Shown: piece by piece, positions 13,154 to 25,503 of the stretch
How the letters are laid out: each line of letters starts with the position of its first letter
Position numbering within the stretch: position 1 is the stretch's first letter
Source: Lophium mytilinum
Lineage: Eukaryota
Assembly: GCA_010093605.1 (NCBI GenBank)
Contig: MU004199.1
Coordinates: forward strand, 1,313,533-1,377,532
DNA: 64,000 nucleotides
Reading direction: 5' to 3'
Translations under genes and position numbers: made by a program
The notes under the pieces: generated by a model
What the model saw: only the letters and a program-made list of their open reading frames with translations
Databases searched by the model: none
Told to the model about the DNA's origin: nothing

Positions 13154-14825
13154 ATGCTATCCACATCCTCCGGGTCGTGGCACCAGCACCCATCTACCGC
13201 AACCGCTGCCTACAACGCCGTACCCGCCCGACGCACACTCAACCAGCCCGGACCCACTCATGTGAGTCTGCTGCACCCTCTTGACGGAGAAATGCATGCT
13301 GAACGCCGCCTGCAGCCGCAAATGGCTCAACCACAACCCGTCCAAAAGAACAAGGTCGACTGGTCCAAGGCAGTCCGTGATTACGTGCAGCGTGCGTTCG
13401 CACAAGAGAACAATGTTGCAGGCGTGTCGCGAGAGGAAGTTCAAGAAAAACTGAAACAAGTCATCACCGCGGTCGCTGAGAAGGGGATGATGGACGACGT
13501 GGACTGGGCGAGCCATCCCCTCCCCCAGCAGTTCGTGCTGCAAGACAGGCGGAGGGCCTTGGGCGTAGACGGGCAGCAGAACGCTTGGCCCACTCCCGCG
13601 TCGCATCTCGCTGACCCGCTGCATGGACACACTAACAATGCATCATTATCTCCCTCCAAGAAACGCAAGTCTACCGATGCATCGCTGACCGACCACCCCG
13701 ACGACTCGCAACCGCCCTGGAGGAAGACTAACAGCCGCAACATGTTCGAAGACCGCATCACGTACGCCAACCAAGGCCAGGCCAATCGTGTCGACAAGAA
13801 ACAGCGCAAGAACAAGGAGAAAGACAATTTCATCAATAGTAAGTTTTCGCCAGCCGAGTTGGAGAAGAGACGGCAGCGATTTGGCAATATCTCCACAGAC
13901 GTCACCCCTCCTTGGGCATCGCCTCGAACCGACGACGCTGAAGCCAGGTCTGGTCCTGTGGTTGGCACATGCCAACAATTGGAAAAACGTTACTTCCGCT
14001 TGACCGCACCCCCGAAGCCCGAAACCGTCCGCCCTCTGCCCGTACTAGAGCAAACGCTGGCACTTCTGAAAAAGAAGTGGCGAGAGGAGAAGAACTACGG
14101 CTACATCTGTGACCAGTTCAAGTCTTTGCGACAGGACCTGACTGTCCAACACATCAGGAGCGCGTTCACCGTTGATGTGTATGAAATCCACGCCAGGATT
14201 GCCCTCGAAAAGGGGGATTTGGGTGAGTATAATCAGTGCCAGACACAGCTACGCGCACTGTATTCGCAGAACCTGGGAGGGCATCCAGAGGAGTTCCTGG
14301 CTTATCGTATCCTCTATTTCATTCACACGTGCAACCGGACCGACATGAACGACATGTTGGCAGACTTAACCCCTACAGATAAGAACGACCACGCGGTCAA
14401 GCACGCACTGGCAGTCCGCTCTGCGCTGGCTTTGGGCAACTACCATAGGTTTTTCAGACTATATATTGACTATCCCAATCTGGGGGGCAATTTGATGGAC
14501 AAATTCGTTGATCGCGAGCGTGTCGCCGCTCTCGCTAATATGTGCAAAGCGTTAGTATTACGTTTTTTATCTCTGTTCTGGTATTAATGCAGTCTGCTAA
14601 CGAATTTCCAGGTATAAACCCTTTGTCAAGCTAAGCTTCCTCTCTTTCGAACTCGGGTTTGAATCCGATCGTGCTTGTCTCGATTTCCTCGTCCAAAAGC
14701 AAGCGCAGCACTTGATCCAAGATACGGATGGAGAACTCTGTTTCCAAACGGGCAAAGCTGGACTTCTGTTCGACCAGCTACGAGCCCAAGCATTCGCCAA
14801 AGTAGACATTAAAGGACAGATATAA
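13154..14825 (+). CDS. THP3: SAC3/GANP-family PCI protein, THP3/LENG8-like
   Basis: VVGTCQQLEKRYFRLT, YICDQFKSLRQDLTVQ, VYEIHARIALEKGDLGEYNQCQTQL; last exon after the intron at ~14551-14611 ends VDIKGQI*. Start codon uncertain. Confidence 0.88.
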
Positions 14826-15497
14826 GCCGTCTGAAACGACGGGTAGGGTGTCCTGCACCTTGCCGTATGTGCTTTGACTCTTTCTTCACACCCGTCCTTC
14901 AGTCTTGTTCATATGTCGACACGAATTCCCTGCCGGTGACGCCGTGTGAGGCAGCCCAGCGAAGTCACAAGTCTCCCCTCGACGGCTAGCTTCAACTGCC
15001 GCTTTTACTTTCTTTTTGCGCCTACACTACTTTGCCCACCACTTTCGCAATACTTGGACTCGATCTGGCTTTGTTTTCGAGCCCGCCAAGCGGCAGCGCT
15101 TCGTTTCGGCAGGCTTCCACCGGCCGGATCGTGGGGCTGCCGCATGAAGTGGTGTTGCCAGAAGCTTTCTCGGCAGCGTCCAAAACGTTTCATGTCTCGG
15201 AATGGCATCTTCGGCTTCCAGGAAGCGATATAGACAGGGATTGACACCCGAATTTACAGTGCTACGTCACCAGTGCGACTGTTGGAGGGGGAGTGAAGAC
15301 GTCTTGGTTCCGAAGCAAGAGGGCAACTGGGATTGAGCTCCCCCGATGACTGGCTGAGTCTACAAGTCGATTTGGGCGACGAGGACCGAACGGACGGTTC
15401 TTTGTCTCAAGGCTCAGTGCCGTCCTCGTGGGTCGATTGTACCCTTGCACTGACACGAGTGACAAATCTACGGTATGCGTTTTCTGATCTTTAATTC

Positions 15498-15567
15498 GGC
15501 ACAATTCCCCTGGCACAACTCCCATGGCACAACTCTCCTGGCACAACTCCCCTGGCACAACTCCCCT
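15498..15567. repeat. 14-bp minisatellite, 5 x GGCACAACTCCCCT
   Basis: Five near-identical tandem copies in the THP3-BEM1 intergenic region. Confidence 0.9.
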
Positions 15568-16891
15568 TTTGTTTGCATGGCTAGCTGGGTGGGGTTGGGT
15601 TTCGGCGGTCTGTTTTCTTCTCGGCGACAAGTCTTTGCTTCTGCGGTGCAGCTGTCGGCACACTCGTCCTGCTTGCGCGGTGGACAAAGGCTGGGGGAGG
15701 GAGTGGTGACCAATAGAAAGTTGAATTGGGCTTGGGCGACGGTGATTCGTCGGGGCTGCGAAGGGATGTTAGCTTTAGGATGGCAGCGCTGCTAGGGCTG
15801 AAGGGGCATCTTAGGGTTCAATACATAGTGGTGATGGCAGGCTTAGTGCGATGACAGGCTCGTGTGGTGCAACGGGACGGGTGTCTAGCATGGCCTGCCG
15901 GCTCAGCTTATGGCCTAGCCGCCCGCGCGTCAAGGCTGGCGCGTCGCAGCGTGTCGATTCCCTGCCCGCAGCGTGGTGGTTCCCGGGGAGTCGCACGCGG
16001 AACCGCTGCTCGCCGCATGTCAGGAATCCGGATGGTGTTGGCACAGCGGCTAGATAGCAGACTCAGAAGCAAATAGCCTCATGTCGTTCGAGCTGAACTG
16101 TCTGCGCCGTGACTCCTCTCGCTGTGGCGCCCTTTCGCCGTGACCCCTCACTGTGAGGTTCTCTCGCTGTGATGCCCTCTCGCTGTGAATCCCTCTTGCT
16201 GTGCCGCCCTCTGCTTCCGATTCTCTCCCGCCGTGACGTCCTACCTTTCACCGTGTCCGACAACAACACGACTTTAGATGTCGCTGGCCACAATCGCAAC
16301 TATCGCCCGTAGCACCCGCCACGCCGTAGTTCCAAAGTGCGCAGCTCTCGCCGCCAGGAAGGGTGTCCCCACCCATCCAGGCACAGCATCGCCGTGGCAG
16401 GCCAACCCTCCGGCGCGCGCAGAGACAAAGAGCACCGCTGGGCTAGTCTAGGAGTGGCTGCCCAGCGTCCCGCCTGCGCTTTCAAGGGTTGTCTGCAAGG
16501 GCCGGCGCAGACTCCGCCCTTCATTTCTGACGCCGACAGAGGACTACAAGCTACGCCGTGCAGAGAAGGCCGTTTTCCCAGCAGCCTTCATAGCTTCATC
16601 GCATCTGACGCCATCCGCCATCCGCTGCCCGTCCGTTGCCTAGTCCCCAAAGACGCTCATCTCCACGGCTTGCTGCCTTTGCGGCCCAAGCACGCCAATC
16701 TTACCTAGGTAGCTTTTCATCCTGGCTGGCAGTCACAGCCGCGCCTCACCACGCCCAACTCGCCCTACACCACCCAGCTCGTCCTTGATACAACACCACG
16801 ACGCATCGCGCAACTCCCCTATCCCTATCCCTAGACCGCGCCGCCCTGCTTCCATCGCTGTGCCCGCCGCCGCCGCGCCCACCGGACCGCT

Positions 16892-19020
16892 ATGGTGAAG
16901 GTATGTTTGCCCCCGGGCCTAGCCCGCTCCCCCACGTGCGCGCCAGCGTGCTGAGTCGGCCGCAGTTTCGAAGATCCATGAAGGGCGACAAGGCCGACAG
17001 CAAGCCGCACCACATCTCCATTCCGACCAAGGACGCAATCGCCATCGTGCCGCCCAAGAAGGTGAGTTCCAAGGTTCTAGCGTTGTCGCAAAATCCACCT
17101 GCCCCGCCTTGCGCCTACGCCTGCGCCTGCCATTGCGCCTCGCGACTCCTGCTGACGTCTGCCTGGTGCTGTAGGTCATCAAAGCCCTCTACGACTACAC
17201 ACCGCCCGACTCGAGCCCGACGTCCGGCTACCTGGGCTTCTCCCAGGGCGATTTCCTGCACGTCGTCGGCCGCGAGAACGATTCCGACTGGTACGAGGCC
17301 TGCAACCCGCTGCAGAACACCCGTGGCCTCGTGCCCGTGACATACTTTGAGCTGGTAGGCAAGACGGTGCGGGACAGTGGCAGCTCGACCAAATCCATCC
17401 CCTCCAGCCAGCCCAGCGCCGGCCACGACTCCGGATACGCCGAAAAGACGCCCGCTGCTCCCGGCGTGGCCATTCTCGACACCGACGGGCCGAAGCCGAT
17501 GCGCATGTCCAAGGCACTGGGGAAGGGAGGGGCGGGAGCGGGGGCCATGGTGTACGGCATCGTGATGTACGACTTCAAGGCCGAGCGGCCCGACGAGCTG
17601 GAGGCCAAGGAGGGGGAAGCCATCATAGTCATTGCGCAATCCAACCCGGAATGGTTCGTTGCGAAGCCCATCACCCGCCTGGGTGGTCCCGGCTTGATCC
17701 CGGTGTCCTTTATTGAAATACGAGATATGACGACCGGACAAGCCGTCCCTGACGCTCAGGAAGCTGTTCAAAGGGCTGGGGTACCCAAGGTTGAAGAGTG
17801 GAAGAAGATGGCCGCCGACTACAAAAACGGCAGCATTCCGCTTGGGAAGCTCGAGTCCAATTCCGCTCAATCGCTACAGCAAGGCATGGAGCGGATGAGC
17901 CTGGGAAGCAAGAACCAGGCCGGCTACGACAGCAATGGCCAAGTCACTCCTAGTGTAAGTTGCGCGCGTAAAATCCCATCCCTACCAAAGCTGACCACGG
18001 TTCTAGACTGGAACACATTCTCGGAGCGCTAGCGCATATCAAAACCAGCCGCAGTATCGGGGGTCCGACCCTAACCTTCTGGCCCCCGTCAAAGCATGTG
18101 TCCCTCGTTACTGTTTCGCAGACGACATCTTCTGGTTCATTATTGAGTGCCAGATGGAAGACGGGAGGCACTGGGAACTGCAGCGTCTCTACCAGGACTT
18201 CTACGACCTTCAAATCCAGCTGATCGCTGCTTTCCCAGTGGAGGCTGGCACATCGGGGAGCGTCGACCGAACTCTACCCTTCATGCCTGGCCCAGTCACT
18301 TACGTCACCGACAATATTTCAAACGGCCGCCGCGCAAATTTGGACGAGTACATAAAGAATCTCCTCAAGCTGGGGTCTCACATCACACAAGGGACGCTTG
18401 TCAAGACGTTTTTCGCCCCTCGCCAGGGAGACTACGAAATTGACCCGGATGTAATCGCTGCAGAAGAGTACCGCATGTCCCAAAGCTCGCAGCATTCTTC
18501 CGATCCATCCCAGGGGGCTTCACGGGAGTCTTCCGCTGACCATCTTCCATCCCAAAACCCGCAAGCTGCGTACCCAAACTCGTCGAATTATCCATCCCAG
18601 GCCAATCACCAACGGGGACAGGCGTCTATGTCGGGCCAGCAACTTCAAAATCCGCAACATTATCGGACTACATCGGACCTCGCGCCACCAATGCTCCGCC
18701 AAACGTCCTCTCTAACGCAGAATTCAGCGACCTCGGCGAGTGCGAGTGCGAGTGCGGCACTCAAAATCAAAGTGTGGTTCGAAGAAGACAACTGCGTGGT
18801 CATCCGTATGCCACAGTCGTTCCGGTACAATGACTTGTACAAGAAACTGCAAGAAAGGAGAGCACTAGAACGACCTGATGAAGGTAGTTCTGAGGAGTTG
18901 GTTGTGGAATACCGAGATGAGAGAGAAGAGCGCTTCTATCCAATCGAGAGTGACGAAGATTTGGCAATTGCGGTCGAACGGAATCCCAAGCTGACGCTTA
19001 GCGTGACTGCTATGCGGTAA
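16892..19020 (+). CDS. BEM1: Polarity scaffold Bem1/Scd2 (SH3-SH3-PX-PB1), multi-exon with a 9-nt first coding exon
   Basis: ATGGTGAAG|GTATGT; VIKALYDY SH3; YGIVMYDFKAERPDELEAK second SH3; LQRLYQDFYDLQIQL PX; C-terminal PB1 (KIKVWF...IESDEDL). Confidence 0.95.
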
Positions 19021-20351
19021 ACTCTACTGTCTGCACGGTTTCTTTTATCCTCTTATTCTACGTTGGAATGGGCAAAGCACGAGTCTCTGATTCAGGATAT
19101 TGTCCACGCAACGTCTGGGGCAGCTTGCAGTAGGATTTTGATGAGTCGATGATTTGATGAGCGCGGGGAGCGATACCGAAGCGACGAGATTCCTTAAATT
19201 TGTTCTATTCCCCTTTTCTTTTCTCGTCCCACTCGAGGTCTCAAGATCCGGGTCATTAGGGTGGAGGGCCACCTATGTAGCAGATACGACGATGAGGGTC
19301 GGAAGGCGGCTATTCGCGGAATCCCACCGGGTTTCGGCTGGATGGCTTAACAACACTACCAACGCTTTCTTTGGCTACGACCTGTTATCTACTCACTTCT
19401 GTGTTTGCTCAAGCACGCTTCTTTTGGGTCATTGGTTTGGCAACGTCGGAGTTCTGGTGAACGGCGTACCGAGCCGTTTTCTGCACTTGTTCTGTACTGG
19501 TCTCCTCTTCATGGGCAAGTATATTGTGCTGCTTGGTTCGAAGGGCACTCTGCTCACTTTCTGTCTTCTCTTATATAGGTGGAGCGTTGGCTTCACAGCT
19601 TATGGATAGTGGGACTGGGATGGTAGGAGTAGCTGGATAGGTCATGATACCATAGTGGTTCATCCCATTTATCTTGTTTGGAGTTGCTACTTCTTTACAA
19701 ATGTATGGAGATGCGTTGAGTGAGTCATTCGAGGTGGTAAAAAGGTTCAAAAGGTTGGATTGCGATATATCTCTCTGGTGGTATTGTCTCCTGAGTATTT
19801 AGCTCCTTAAAATCTATTGGTATCCTTAGAGAGCTTGCGATTAAATGTGATACACATCTACTCAAGCCATCAACAACAAGCAAAGCTTGCACTTCTCCTG
19901 CGAAACCCAGCGAGCACCCTCACTCATTGCAGAGATAACCCAGTCCCGTTTTGCGGCGAAGCTTGGAGTAGAAGAGTTCCAGATGCTAGACATATCTAAG
20001 GTTCCTCCATTCGGAGAATACGGCCGTGGCTAAGTTATGGTAGATGAGGCAGACATAGTCTCTAAACGATAATGCATCCAACACCATATAGCCATCAGCT
20101 CTTCTCTAGCTATCCTGTCCTGTCCACTTCATTAAGAACCGGCCAGGAGCCCCGAGTATGAAGCAAAATAGATATCTCTATCAAAGAGTAGCATGGCACT
20201 GTGGTCACCTAATTCCTCGGCTCCTTCCGCACTACGGCGTGTTTACGCTAAAAAAGATATCACAGTATTCTTCAAGCGCTCTATCCAATCTAAGCCAGAT
20301 TGACTCACTTCTGGAAGCCTCCAATGAGCAAAAATTAGCAAAAAGAAATCT

Positions 20352-20449
20352 TCCGTCGCCGGGAATCGAACCCGGGCCTTGCCGGCACTTGATCAAGTGT
20401 GAGGACTCTCGATGAGAGCGGCAAATCCTAGCCCCTAGACCACAACGGA
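20352..20449 (-). tRNA. tRNA-Glu (anticodon CTC) with ~27-nt intron
   Basis: Reverse complement folds as acceptor TCCGTTG/CGACGGA, D arm GTCTAGGGGCTAGGAT, anticodon stem TGCCG/CGGCA with CT-CTC-A, intron after position 37, and T arm CCGGG-TTCGATT-CCCGG. Followed by a T-rich Pol III terminator. Confidence 0.93.
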
Positions 20450-20620
20450 TTGAAGGTCTGTGAAATTTTGTTTGTAAATATCCCATAATTTTACGGCAGG
20501 CGGATACATTTAGCCTTGCCTGCTGGTTTAAGGATGGTGAACGAAAACCCAAATACGAATACGAATTCATGGAAAGGTGGGACGGCGGGGCTTGATGGAG
20601 TGGGGCATGCGTAATTCGTA

Positions 20621-21470
20621 CCGTACGGCGATCGGGGGGTTAGCAACGAAAGACTTTAGCGGCACTAGGTGCCTACTCTTAGCACGGTAACCCTTACTAC
20701 TAACTTAAAAGGATTCTATTTAATATAGTATCTCTATATACTCTTAGAGTAAAAAGACCCTTCTTTAAAAATAGTACTTCTAGAGAAGGTAATAGTAAGA
20801 AAGTATTCTTAGTAAGTTTTACTAGAAATAAGAAAATACTTAAAATTCTAAGTTAAAAATTTCTCTAAGTCTACCCTAAGTCTACCCTAAGTCTACTCTA
20901 AGTATTTTCTTCTTTTAAGAATTTCTCTAAGAATTTCTTAGTTCTAAGAGTATTAACTATAAATCTAAACTATCTAAAGACTTTTATTTTCTAACTTTCT
21001 AATTATATAGAAATCTTCCTCTTTAATAGCGTACTTATTACCTAAAGTAGAATAGATAGTATTAGTAGTAAAAGAATTAAAAATTTAAAAAGTTAATTAT
21101 ATTTATAGAAATAGTAAATATATATATATATTAAATACCTCCCCTCTTCTTCTCCCCCCTCTCTAAGGTCCTAGGTTCGAGCCTGCGCTAGATTTTCTTT
21201 TTACTTTTTACCTTTTTAGTAGGTTTTCTAGGAAATACTTAGGGTGGACTTGGGGTGGACTTAGAGTAGACTTAGCGTGGACTTAGGGTGGACTTAGGGC
21301 GGACTTGAAATTCTAAGCCAGCCCTAAAGTTCCAAGTATCTCTTTTTAAGAAGTTGCCTTGGTTCTAAGCGGGAAATACGACTCTACTTGATTAGGGGGT
21401 CCGCCTGATTATAAGGCCTGCAGGAGGTAGCCCGAAGTCTTCCGTCGCATACCCCCCCATCGCGGTACGG
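20621..21470. mobile_element. 850-bp non-autonomous TIR element (MITE-like, Tc1/mariner-type TA target), RIP-mutated interior
   Basis: 20-bp TIRs CCGTACGGCGATCGGGGGGT / ACCCCCCCATCGCGGTACGG match 18/20. TA on both sides (20619-20620, 21471-21472); AT-rich core; no ORF. Confidence 0.8.
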
Positions 21471-22546
21471 TACCTTGTGGGCTTCGGTCAAGCGGGAATC
21501 TAGGTTCTTGATAGTCTCTGCATTATACTTGGGAAAATCTACTTGTAGTATAAAGATACTTGAGGCTATGTAGAAGATAAGAGGACGATGCCTTCTAAAA
21601 ACGACTATGTATGTTGCAAACATGACGCCGTGCAGAATATATTATTCTATGAAGCTGCAGATAGGTAAGACCAATCACCGCTCTTAAATCTCTTTCTATA
21701 CCCTCGCTGGTAAGCACACATACTCCCGAGTGAGACGACAGCATTTTTAACGCATGTGCAGTAGTACTATAAACTTTTACTACTGCATACTTTGCAAGAA
21801 GGGATGAAGGACATGGCAGGGACGGCTAACGGCATCGGGACGACCGATAATCGGGCCGAGTATCCTTCGTCGTTAGTTCCACTGTCTCCGCATCTTCTCC
21901 ATCCACTTTGTCTCTCCCATCAAAAAATTCATCATTCGTTATCTGCAGTCGCCAGAGACGGCCAGCGCATGCTCTACTACTTTAGTATCCTAGCGTGGAG
22001 ATGGATACTTCAAGAGTGAGGTTGGTGAATTTAAAGGAGCTTCTACGAAACGCCTGGCAGCACTTTATATTACGGAGGAAGATTGTTTTTATGAATCTAA
22101 GCTTTCGTACTGTCAGATCCATCAATTCATCATCCTCGTACGGGTTTCTCGGTATCTTTAAGGGGTGGTGAAGGGTGTGTGAAAGTAGAGCCTATTATCC
22201 CTGTCTTTTCATCATCAATGGGATCGATCATTTTCACTCTCCCACTATCTCCAGCGCACAGTCACTCGAGAAGTACGCAACTGAGAACTATGAGATAAGT
22301 GGGGAGATTAGCTGGGTTGAGTGGAGAAGTGTTGTGAAGCGCAGTCACGTGAAAGCGGAGGCGGAAGTCCGTCACCGCTTCACGACTCAGGATTGGAAGG
22401 TAAGATAGCATAGAATGCCGAAGTTTCTCGTAGACTGTAAAAGCCGATCGAAGGAGGAAGACGTACATAACATCGTTGGTTAGGTTCAAGATCTAGATTC
22501 TTTTCGACCTTGTTCTCCGCTCTCTTCATCTCTGCTCCAAATTACC

Positions 22547-23464
22547 ATGGCCATATTCTCGATCACGAAGGCCGGCGCCGATAGAGGCACGAAAATTACG
22601 ACAGGGGCTGATGTTCGTGTTGCCGCAAGAATCAACAACTTTAACTCTCCAACCTCAGGTCTTGCACCAACGTTCTTGCAAGCCAACCTAGTTGTTCTCC
22701 CGTCCCGATACGCTTCCGACTTTCGTCTTCTCTGTGCGCGAAACCCAGTACCATGTCCATTAATTGCGGAATCAACTTCAACCGGCTGCTGGAACTCAGT
22801 GACGTCCACCATCCCCGGCCTAAATGGAGGAGCTATCCTATCCGACTGTGATCTCCGCCGCGACGTGCCCAGATACATGGTGTATAAGGACTCGACACCC
22901 ATCAAGAAAGGTTGTCTAGATATAGTGGACGAATGGACTGACGATCATGTCGCCTTTCTAATTGGATGTTCGTTCAGCTTTGAGTCTGCCCTGACCGCGG
23001 CTGGCCTTCCTCCCCGACACACAACTCTGAATCGAAATGTCCCTATATACCGGACGAGCATTCCGCTATGTCCCGCTGGTGCCTTCACGGGAAGCACATA
23101 CGTGGTCTCAATGAGATCTTATAAGGCCTCAGAAGTAGAGAGAGTGCGAGAAATTACTAGGGCATACACTGCGACGCATGGCGAACCTATTGCATGGGGC
23201 TGGGATGCGGTCAAGAGACTCGGGATTGAAGATATTGACGCACCGACTTGGGGTGAGTCGCCATTAACACAAGATGAAAGACCGCTGGGCGATGTGGAGG
23301 GGGAAGAGCATGATGTTCCCGTGTTTTGGGGGTGCGGCGTCACTCCGATGGAAGCTGTGGCGAGATCTAGCCTGGAGGGAGTCGTCATGACACATGATCC
23401 TGGCTGTATGCTTCTCTTAGATTGCCGAGACTCTGATATAGTACCGGCAGCGTGTGTTGCGTAG
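22547..23464 (+). CDS. DUF1445 / D-glutamate cyclase-like (YcsI-like putative hydro-lyase), intronless, 305 aa
   Basis: PTSGLAP..QANLVVLP..YASDF..C.RNPVPCPLI, DLRRDVPRY, FLIGCSFSFE, YVVSMR, HGEPIAWG, VPVFWGCGVTP. Confidence 0.88.
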   Translation: MAIFSITKAGADRGTKITTGADVRVAARINNFNSPTSGLAPTFLQANLVVLPSRYASDFRLLCARNPVPCPLIAESTSTGCWNSVTSTIPGLNGGAILSDCDLRRDVPRYMVYKDSTPIKKGCLDIVDEWTDDHVAFLIGCSFSFESALTAAGLPPRHTTLNRNVPIYRTSIPLCPAGAFTGSTYVVSMRSYKASEVERVREITRAYTATHGEPIAWGWDAVKRLGIEDIDAPTWGESPLTQDERPLGDVEGEEHDVPVFWGCGVTPMEAVARSSLEGVVMTHDPGCMLLLDCRDSDIVPAACVA

Positions 23465-24218
23465 GTCAACAATGCAACATCACTGGTATTCGTTGGTCAT
23501 ATGCTTGATAGACGGTGCGAACATCGTTGCAGTGCTGGATTTACCATTTAAGGTAAGGCGATAGTTCGTGATATTCTAGAACCTAGCCCTGGTCCGAAAC
23601 AGTAATGATCTCAGCTCCAGTCTAACCGCGCGACTCCATAACTTTGAGCGGAGTTGCTGTGCCGCATGTGCCGCATCGATATCTCAACCCCAAGTGCCTC
23701 ACACCACCTCTCAGAGGCGGTAGTTGGCTTAGGACTGTACTGCGCCCTACCAATTCTCGTTGTCCAATCGTGGTTCATCTTCGCCCAGCCGCGCGCCAGG
23801 GATAGGTGACATCAATGCCTCAAGAACCCGCCGACATCTCATCACCAATCACTTCAGGTCTTCCTTAGGGTGTGAAATGGACCAACTCACTGCTGCCTTT
23901 GCTGGGGAGTCGGGCGCTTGCGGAGAAACTCAAGTGGCTCTCCATTTATAGATCTAACATGAGAGCGCTTGCAGCGGAGCTGAGAGTGCATATATACAGC
24001 CAGGTGCCCGTTAACAGGAAACGCGATTCTGGATACAGTTTCTGTTCTGATGCTATAATTAGTCTTGTTGTATAACCTATAAAAAGATTTGAAGATTTCC
24101 TAGAGATGGCAGACATCCAAGAACGCCTACATTCCATCACATCAGCGTGCCATCATTTCCGCTATTATCCTTAAACTATCTTTTGAAGCACTCTTAACGA
24201 AGTTAGACATCCAAGAAA

Positions 24219-25037
24219 ATGTCGCTCCCCCAGCATCCTCTCTGTTTCGAACCCAACTCTACCTATGGCAACATCTCCTCTGGGGACGTTCCGGATAATC
24301 AGAATGATACGCCTACGACTAGCAGTGCCGACTATTCTTGGGATGATTCGGATCACCGTCAGATCCGCAGCCCACAGCCGAGCCGACCCATCAAAACTCT
24401 CTCCAAAGTTTCCGAGGCTACCGGTGCCTTACAGCCCCTGGATGTAATCACTGGCAAATCTGACGGCACCAAGAGGACCAGACAGCGAAGCCACTCGTCT
24501 ACCTCTGCTCATAAGCGGCCTCGAATGCAAGAGGATGAGCTATGGAGTTTGTACACCGAAATACGTCCAGGACCAGGTCCGGCGCTCACGTCCCAGCATA
24601 TCACTATGCAGGAATGGAGTGCCTTGCACGATCGAACTGCTGCGGGCATCCATAGTGTAGAGAGAAACATGAGGCTTATGATTGTTCATCGGCAAAAGCT
24701 CTCCACATCGACGGCTCACTACATCTATAAGGCCGTTGGAAGCTTGAGATTAGAACTAGAACTCGGATTCTTGCAGCTGGCAGTCAGAGATTGGGCCTGG
24801 GATTACTTGGAAACTGCATTTGAGGACATCTGCAGTTACTTTCTATACTCTGCTGCTGCGTCTCTCGAAGGCCGAAATGTTGATAGAAATAGTCTTCTGG
24901 TTGATGCTATTGAAGAACTGACAGCTGGGATGGAGCTGGCGCTTCAGGAGTCGACTTGGGAAGAGACAGAGGAGTTGTATGAAGAGCAGACAGAGCAAGA
25001 GGCGGGAGAGGAGACCGAGGATGACTCTGAGGAGTAG
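24219..25037 (+). CDS. Hypothetical protein (disordered N-terminus, helical core, acidic tail)
   Basis: 272-aa ATG ORF; no recognised domain. Upstream exons are possible. Confidence 0.6.
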   Translation: MSLPQHPLCFEPNSTYGNISSGDVPDNQNDTPTTSSADYSWDDSDHRQIRSPQPSRPIKTLSKVSEATGALQPLDVITGKSDGTKRTRQRSHSSTSAHKRPRMQEDELWSLYTEIRPGPGPALTSQHITMQEWSALHDRTAAGIHSVERNMRLMIVHRQKLSTSTAHYIYKAVGSLRLELELGFLQLAVRDWAWDYLETAFEDICSYFLYSAAASLEGRNVDRNSLLVDAIEELTAGMELALQESTWEETEELYEEQTEQEAGEETEDDSEE

Positions 25038-25503
25038 ATGGGGATGCGACACGGCGGCACGTTGAAGATGAAGATAAGCTGATGATATGTTTCTCCAGGA
25101 ACGGGGTGGAGGAATCGTGAGCGCGGCAATCTGTTGTTGTTTTTCTTACCTATTCGACGCTCGTTATTAGTAGTTCCTGTACTTCGCTATGAATCGCAAA
25201 GCATTGCGCGCTCGTTGCTTTACTACCTTGCCCTACCAACAGTCCCGTGCCCCAGTCAGTGGAAGTTTGTTCGCAATGTGTTACAAAGGTAGTGACAGCT
25301 TCGGGTTCCGCTTTATTTTCATCGGTCTGAGTCAGTCAAGACATGCGGGGTATCCTCTTTGGTACTAGCGCTCTGCGATTAGAACAGTGCTGCCTGGGTT
25401 CATCCACAGCCCTCTACCTCACCTTTGTAGCCTTACAACCTTATTGTCATTTTTCCTCACGAACCTAAGAGAGCACGCAGTCGAGGACTTCAGAAACTGA
25501 TCT

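Noticed and set aside
15230..15250. GACAGGGATTGACA resembling an 18S rRNA segment
   Set aside because: Too short, with no flanking rRNA similarity or snoRNA box structure that I could support.
15498..15567. CRISPR-like array
   Set aside because: Contiguous 14-bp units with no spacers, in a eukaryotic context with no cas genes.
19154..19609. 151-aa hydrophobic ORF after BEM1
   Set aside because: T-rich 3' UTR-like sequence with no motif.
21238..21306. Interstitial telomere or chromosome fusion scar
   Set aside because: The unit is an 11-mer containing TTAGGG, not tandem hexamers, and lies within a TIR element.
21384..21623. 79-aa minus-strand ORF
   Set aside because: Crosses the MITE right terminus and has no recognisable motif; likely a chance ORF.
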